Part shown: positions 47,634-53,714 of the stretch, one piece after another
How the letters are laid out: each line of letters opens with the position of its first letter
Position numbering within the stretch: position 1 is the first letter of the stretch
From: Macrostomum lignano
Lineage: Eukaryota
Direction: 5' to 3'
DNA length: 53,714 bases
Assembly: GCA_002269645.1 (NCBI GenBank)
Contig: NIVC01004238.1
Coordinates: forward strand, 1 to 53,714
The notes under the pieces: generated by a model
Databases searched by the model: none
Told to the model about the DNA's origin: nothing
The model's input: only the letters and a program-made list of their open reading frames with translations
Translations under genes and position numbers: made by a program

Positions 47634-49603
47634 TCACCTGCCAGCATTGATGGAGCTAGCTGCAGTCGGTCTCTTGTTGCCACCGCAGCCTGGCGAGCTG
47701 CCCGAAGGTCCAGTTCGGCTCGGTCCAGCCGACAGCGCTGTTGTTTCCAGCGGTCGTCGGGCGGTTGTCAAGGCGTTGGCAAGGTCGAAGCGGAGAATCT
47801 CAGCGTCCGCTGCTGCGGTGCCGCCCCCGAAGCTCTGAGTGACCCGCAGTCGGGTCTGCAGCAGCTGCCCAAGAGCCTCGTGCACGAACTCCGGCTGCAC
47901 CGTGGCGTTGTCCTCGTCGATGTGGCCGACCTTGTCCGATTCTGCAGACTGAGTGGATGACAAGCAGGCAGACAGGGCGCTACTGGACTCGCTGACTGGC
48001 TGGCGAATTCCCTGCAGCGAGTTGATGGATTGTCGACGGCGCTGCCGAGGCACCGGCAGTTGCGGAGGCGGCGCTGGCGGTGGCTGCGGCGGAGGCAGAC
48101 AGCGAAGCGTCGAGTCGGCGGCCGGTTCCGGGCCCCCATTCGGCGCTGTCGGGCGTCGGTGTCGGGACGGGCAAACGCGGCTGCGTTAGCGGCGGCTGAG
48201 GCGGGCGGGAGGCGGATCCGGGTGGCTGACCGAGGGCTGCGTTGCAATTGCGGAGCTTCACCTGCTGGCCACCTGCTGGGGCAGTTCAGCGACCCGTCTC
48301 AATAATCATGTACTTTTACCTGCTTCATGTTCAGAGACATGCTTCATGTTCAGAGACATGCTTCATGTTCAGAGACATGCTTCAGTATAAACACTGATGC
48401 ATTCAGGTTGGGGACAAAAATTACCAGATGGAGCGGGCTGGGCTCTCTGACGGTTCAAGGACGCGGATCGGCGGTCAGTTCGAGGCTTCGGCACGGGCGG
48501 CTTGGCAGTCAGGAACACCGCCGTCTCCGCCTCGGGCTCCGCGGCTGTCTCCTCCTCTGAGAAGTCCGTCAGCAGCAGCTGGTTGCGCATCGTTGGTCGC
48601 GGGGTCGCAGCGGTGGCAGGTGGCGGCAGCTTCTGCTGGCAGCTCGCGGTGTTGCTGGGCGAGTCCAAGCTGAAGTGGACGGACTTCCCGCCGGAACCGC
48701 CGCCGCCGCTCCAGGCCTGCAGGAGGTCTTCAGCCAGACCCGCAGTCGAGGCCGCCGAAGTCTTCGGTCCTGGTCTCGGCTGGTGCTGCTGTGGCAGACT
48801 CGACCAGCAGTCGGCAGCCTTGGAGTTGCCGTCACCCAGTTTGCTGTTGGGCCGGCAGTGAAGCTGGATGGCTTGAGCCAGCAGCTGCTCGACCTCCTCG
48901 CGAGTGCCGTAGAAACCGCTGTGCATCAGCATGGAGACGTCCAGCTGCTCGGCCCGCTGCTGCTGCTGCTGCTGCTGCTGCTTCTGGTGCTGCTGCAGGA
49001 TGGCGGACGCGCTGACGTCTTGGAGAGCGGCGCTGCAGCCAGCCGACTGCAGGTGACTTCCGCCACCGCCTCCGAACAGCTGGAGACCCGGCCCGGATGC
49101 GGATGTGAGGGCGGTGCCGCCGCAGGAGAGCGAATTCTGCAGCTGCTGGTGCTGCGGCTCCTCTGCACAGAACAAGTCCTCGTCTGGCTCCTGCTGAAAG
49201 TCAAATTCCGAGTTCTCGGACTCAAGAAAGCATTGTTGATCCTTCTGCTGGCATTGCAGCTGCTGCTGCTTCGACGGCTCAATCTGTCCGATTGACTTCG
49301 TGGCGGCCGCAGCAGCTCGACGCTTTAGCAGGGAGCCCCGGTGCCGACTTGACCCGACTGCGCTGCGCCGCCGGCGCCGCTGCCTCTCTTCGACAAAGAC
49401 GTCACCCGCAGCAGGGTCTTTGTCCGGTCGGTCCCACTGGCCGCTGTTTTGGCGGCTGAGACTGACAGGCCGGTGAGGCGCCAGTCTCCGAACCGCGTTC
49501 AGACATGCTGCGTTTCCTACTGGGAGCCCTCGCTGATGCCAGACAACCTGCAGCTGTGCACCGATGCAGTGTATGAAGAGATCCGTAGTTTTGGGACGAG
49601 AAT
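47634..49603 (-). CDS. Uncharacterised low-complexity (Q/P/S/G-rich) protein; exons 49603-48425 and 48272-~47634, with a probable +1 frameshift at C5 48133-48137
   Basis: Long GC-rich ORF with a TTGCAG acceptor at 49604. The phase-1 intron 48424-48273 (GTAATT...CAGCAG) joins APS-G-GQQVKL. Removing one base at 48133-37 joins PTPDSAEW to GPEPAADSTLRCLPPP. Upstream exon(s) and family are unknown. Confidence 0.6.
48322..48385. repeat. 19-bp repeat (CATGCTTCATGTTCAGAGA) x3, intronic
   Basis: Direct reading, inside the 152-bp intron. Confidence 0.9.
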
Positions 49604-50396
49604 CTGCAAGGAAATATTCTGACAATTGAACTTCTATGGCAATTAGTCAACTCAAAAGCAGTTTTCTCACTTTGAGAATTTAACTTTCTTGTACATCAGT
49701 TTAACACGAACTTTTAACACGTTCATGTCTTTTAATTATAGCTCGAAATATATAACGTGACAATTCGCCCCATTTTTAGTGATCGTCCTGGCGCGATTTA
49801 CTCCTTAAACATAAGCATATTCCTTGAACTTTGTATTTTTGTTTTCGTCTTAATTAACTTAATTAATTGACGGATTTTTAAGCGACAGGGTGACGCTTTA
49901 TCAGCAATAATTGTAAATAATAGTCGAAGAGATACGACTAAGAGGGAATTTCACACTGACTAAACACAGCAGGCAGGGAGACTCCTGACTGTACAGTCGC
50001 AGTACAGACCTCATGCAGATAAAAATAGCACTCCGTGGCCCAAGAAATGCTTGACGGGGGAGAGAAAGACTTGAATAGGGGGGGGGGGTTCGCGGGCACG
50101 GCCTGTACGGTCTAGCCTCAAGTGTACATACAATGGAGGGTGGGGTTGAACTGTACGGCAAACCCGTCCTCCCGCTCTACCCTTGCCTCTCTCAAATACG
50201 TAGTCGCTACGTAAGCGTTTCGTTGAGGTCGCGTGTGTCCACACAGATTACCGCCTGTCTCGTTACTGAACACTACCTTGTATTAAGCCGCGTGCAACTG
50301 AAAATCGACGTATAGCCGACGTAGGACCAACGTTGCCGCTACGACATCTCTACGTTGCTACCCTAGATTTGCTTGACGGCATAGCCGCGAGATTCT

Positions 50397-50440
50397 CTAT
50401 AAATAGGAGCCGATTTGAAGGTGGAACTTTTCCTCTTCAG
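50397..50440 (+). promoter_or_regulatory. Putative core promoter of the p62 gene: TATA box plus pyrimidine-rich initiator (or trans-splice acceptor)
   Basis: TATAAATA at 50398-50405 and CTTTTCCTCTTCAG at 50427-50440, about 30 nt downstream of it and 49 nt before the ATG. Confidence 0.45.
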
Positions 50441-50488
50441 CTCTTAATCTGCTGACAAGTAGACTTCGACTCGAACCAAGCAATCATT

Positions 50489-51804
50489 ATGGAAGACGAC
50501 TCAAGCCAGCAAAGCGCTACCAGCCCGACCTTGGTCACCATCAAGGCGGTGTACTGCCCGGGCTCCTCGCAGGAGGAGATTCGTCGGTTCAACTACCTCT
50601 GCCAAGCATGCCCGCCGTCGTTGAGTCGATGGACGCCGATCAGATTGGGGCAGCGGCTGGGGAGCAGACGGAACAGCAGAAGCAGCAACAGCAGCAACTG
50701 TTCGACGATTTTCGACGACGCCTGGGGCGGCGTTTGCTGGAGCCGCCGGCTGCAGCATGGGCCTGAGCCTGTACTATGTGGACGCCGATCAGGAACGGGT
50801 GAGGTTCTCCACCGGACGAGCTGCGCCGGCTATTACGGTTGCATCATTCGCGCTATCAGGGCGCCGGCACTGATCAGCAGGCTGCGGCAACTCCGCTACG
50901 CATCATCGCCGCTCCGACGCCGGGCTGCGAGTCGGACGGCGCCGAACATCCGGGCGTCCTGTGCGACGGCTGCAACCAGCCTGTCAGGGGCCGCCGATTT
51001 CGATGCTTTCTGTGCCCGGACTTCGACTTGTGCCAGCGGTGTGTCCTCCGCGGAGTGCACGACCAGCACTCGATGCTGGTGCTGCACCGGCCAGGCGATG
51101 CCACAGCCTGCCGCCATGGCTCTGCCGCGGTGGACTACTGGGCGGCGAAGGCAGCGGCGGCGGCGGCGGACGCGGACGCGGACCGTGGAGCTTCGGTGGT
51201 GGCTGGGGTGGTCGATTTGGTCACGGCCAACAGCAGCAGCAGCAACAGCAGCCGCATTCGGTGCCGCCACATCTGCGTCATTACCCGCCGCACGGTGGGC
51301 CGCACATGCCGCCGCTCCGCCCCCTCCCCCGCCCCAGCCGCCATTCGGCTTCATGCCCAGCGGCCGCCGATGTCTGTCGCCTGTCCTAAGCTGGCCAGAA
51401 AGCTGGAGAAGGCGCGCTGCAAATTCGAAGTCAAGATGGCCAAACGCTGCGAGAAGATGCAACGCAAATGGGCCTGGCGTCAGCAGATGCTGTGTCTGAG
51501 GCAGCAGCAGCGTCAGGCTCAGATGCAGCAGTGCCAGAAGGAGGCCGGAGCGGCTGGCACCGCCGACGAGCCGATTCGCATTGACGTTGAAGAACAATGT
51601 TCCCAGCAGCAGGAGAAGCAGCAACAGCAACAGCAGCAGCAGCAGCAACTGACGCCGGAGGAGGCGTTGCTGCTGAAGCAACTTCGCAAGCGCCAGCAGC
51701 AGGCTAAGAAGAAGCAAAAGCAGCAGCAGCATCATCGGCATCACAAGCGCGGTCGCGGAGGTCGCAAGCGACGCCGCAGTCGCAGCAGCAGCAGCAGCAG
51801 CGGA

Positions 51805-51835
<31 letters not shown>

Positions 51836-52080
51836 GCAGCAGCAGCAGCAGCAGCAGCGACTCGTCATCTAGCAGCGGCTCAGACTCCGAGGAGGTTGAT
51901 CGCGAGTCCGCCGAGCAGCGCAACTATCGTCAGCTGTTGAAGAAGTTCCGCCGTATGGGCTTCAAAGACGACGAAACCTGCTGGCTTAGCCAGCTAATCA
52001 AGGAGAAACGCGGCAATCTGAACGACATCCTGGACGCCATTCGACAGCGCAAATCCGGCGACGCGGGTTGTGACGTTTAA
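50489..52080 (+). CDS. SQSTM1: p62/sequestosome-1 (Ref(2)P)-like autophagy receptor (PB1-ZZ-UBA); reading frame disrupted by several single-base indels
   Basis: PB1 start VTIKAVY...EEIRRF and OPCA-like LYYVDADQERVRFST-DELRRLL. ZZ finger HPGVLCDGCNQPVRGRRFRCFLCPDFDLCQRC...HDQH. UBA-like MGFKDDETCWLSQLIKEKRGNLNDILDAI. These pieces lie in different frames. Confidence 0.88.
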
Positions 52081-53714
52081 CTTGATTCCGACAGAAAAAC
52101 GCCAGACACAAATGAAGTAATTTTCCCTAGATTGTTGGTAATATCCCTTCTGTATTTAACATTTTTATTAATAACCAGGCATTTAAATGCCACAAGAAAT
52201 TCTGTGTTCTACCGGTAGTGGCGGTACACTAAGCAAGATACCAAATCAACATTATTCCGATAAAATCGTGTATAAGTTTTGCACCAAAGGTTTTTAAAAA
52301 AAATCTACGGCCTTGAAGTTGATGACACGAGGACGTACCTGGTAGTTAAGGACGTATAATCCCATATTTAAATGCGCAATATTAATCAGTCATTGGCCTA
52401 TTTGTTATAGCTTAAACCCCTTGCTAATTTTACGTTGTTTTGTCCTACCCACAATGGTCCCACATACTATATACTGCCGAGATTTCTTATAATATTTAAA
52501 AAACATAAAAAATGTTGCAATCAAATCGTCGTCCCTGTAAAAAATGCAGAAAAAGATTTTTAAAGACGGTATCGTAACTGTTTAAGTTTGTGCTTTTTCA
52601 ACTCTGTAGTATCGACTGTTTTAAATATTATATCCAGTTTATATAGCTCACGAGATCAATAATGTTGAGCAAAAAGTTTTTTTCTGTATTAAAGTGTTGC
52701 TGTCAGTGTATTCAAAATATTATAAAGTTAAATAAAATAAATTACAAAGAAAATAAGCTCATTCAAACAAGTCCTGAGAAGAGGGAAACTTTTTAAAATT
52801 ATAACAGAAAATTTTTAAAAATCGCTCATTTTCTCACCTAAATATGGATTTTTATTGTCTTTCTTATTTTTTAGTACACTAGCAATATATACGTACTATA
52901 CTTCTGATTAGCTTAAAATTATTGAATTAATTGACACTTTAACAAAAATTGAAGTCGTACATGCAAGTTGTCTTGAGTTACGAGCGTAATTCAATTTACT
53001 TTCGAATAAGTTATTATTTCTGAACTTCTCTGCTTTGCAGTCTTCGATGCAGACAAGGCAATATAGGGTTTGTAGGCCAATGGAGCCATGTACATGTAAA
53101 GTACGAGCTACGTTGCTCCGAGACGACTCCCAGACGATGTCTATGGCTGAGACCTGCGAGTTCCAGGCTCCCTTTCTTATTAAATTATCCCATATACCTG
53201 GGACTTCAGCCTTCCTGACAACTTTGACGGTCCCTGTCAGTTGACTGTTGCTCTGCCTGCCTGCTTCGCGCCGCCTTCAAGATCAGCGACGAGCGAGTTT
53301 TCAACGTCCGTCCAATAAAGCGACCTGTTGCGGCACAGGGACTACCAAAACAGCTTTAGAAGTCCCTGCTTCGGCGTCGGGGAATCCAGCTTGCATGGCA
53401 GGCCACATCATCCACGCCGAGTCGTACTGTCCACAGCCGTCCAGAATTGTGCTGATGCGGCCTTCTTTCACGAACTGGTCCAGAGGCGCACACGTTCTGC
53501 CCTTTTATACATGCAAAGACCCTTACAGCGTATACTTTTGTTGTTCGTGTCTGTTGTGTCATCGGAAACACCTCACTCAGGCGATCCACTGCGGGCATGG
53601 GCCCGCCCTGAGGAAGCCGATCACCATCGCATCTTGCCCATGCAGGACCGACTCCATTCCTATACTACTAGACGTTTGTGGAGGCCGTCCACCGCGCACA
53701 ACGTATACTCCACC

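Noticed and set aside
50489-51499. 336-aa ORF as a separate overlapping gene
   Set aside because: Only its first ~35 codons and one short later stretch are p62-like. The rest is out-of-frame reading of the GC-rich p62 sequence.

Overview
Eukaryotic (animal) genomic DNA. GC-rich, low-complexity exons are separated by AT-rich DNA and about 25 unrelated minisatellite arrays. This architecture suggests a repeat-rich flatworm such as Macrostomum, which is an inference only. Genes I can support: a secreted PAN/Apple + LamG-like protein, an LRRC28-like gene (3 exons reconstructed), VPS25, a complete 5-exon copine, a BEN-domain gene, a degenerate METTL24-family protein, an atypical rhodopsin-class peptide GPCR, an uncharacterised low-complexity gene, and a p62/SQSTM1 homologue broken by several single-base frameshifts. 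Mobile DNA comprises two Tc1/mariner deletion derivatives with TIRs and TA duplications, a hAT-like MITE with an 8-bp TSD, a tRNA-derived SINE and some single transposon ends. Most long ORFs in the supplied track are repeat read-throughs. The most unusual observations are a predicted pseudoknotted RNA with HDV-ribozyme-like helix order (36184-36305), intronic 21-bp arrays open in frame with the upstream exon (copine, LRRC28), a repeated CRE+MEF2-like module in copine intron 2, and inverted satellite arrays bracketing the 5' end of the BEN gene. No CRISPR, rRNA or bona fide tRNA gene was found.
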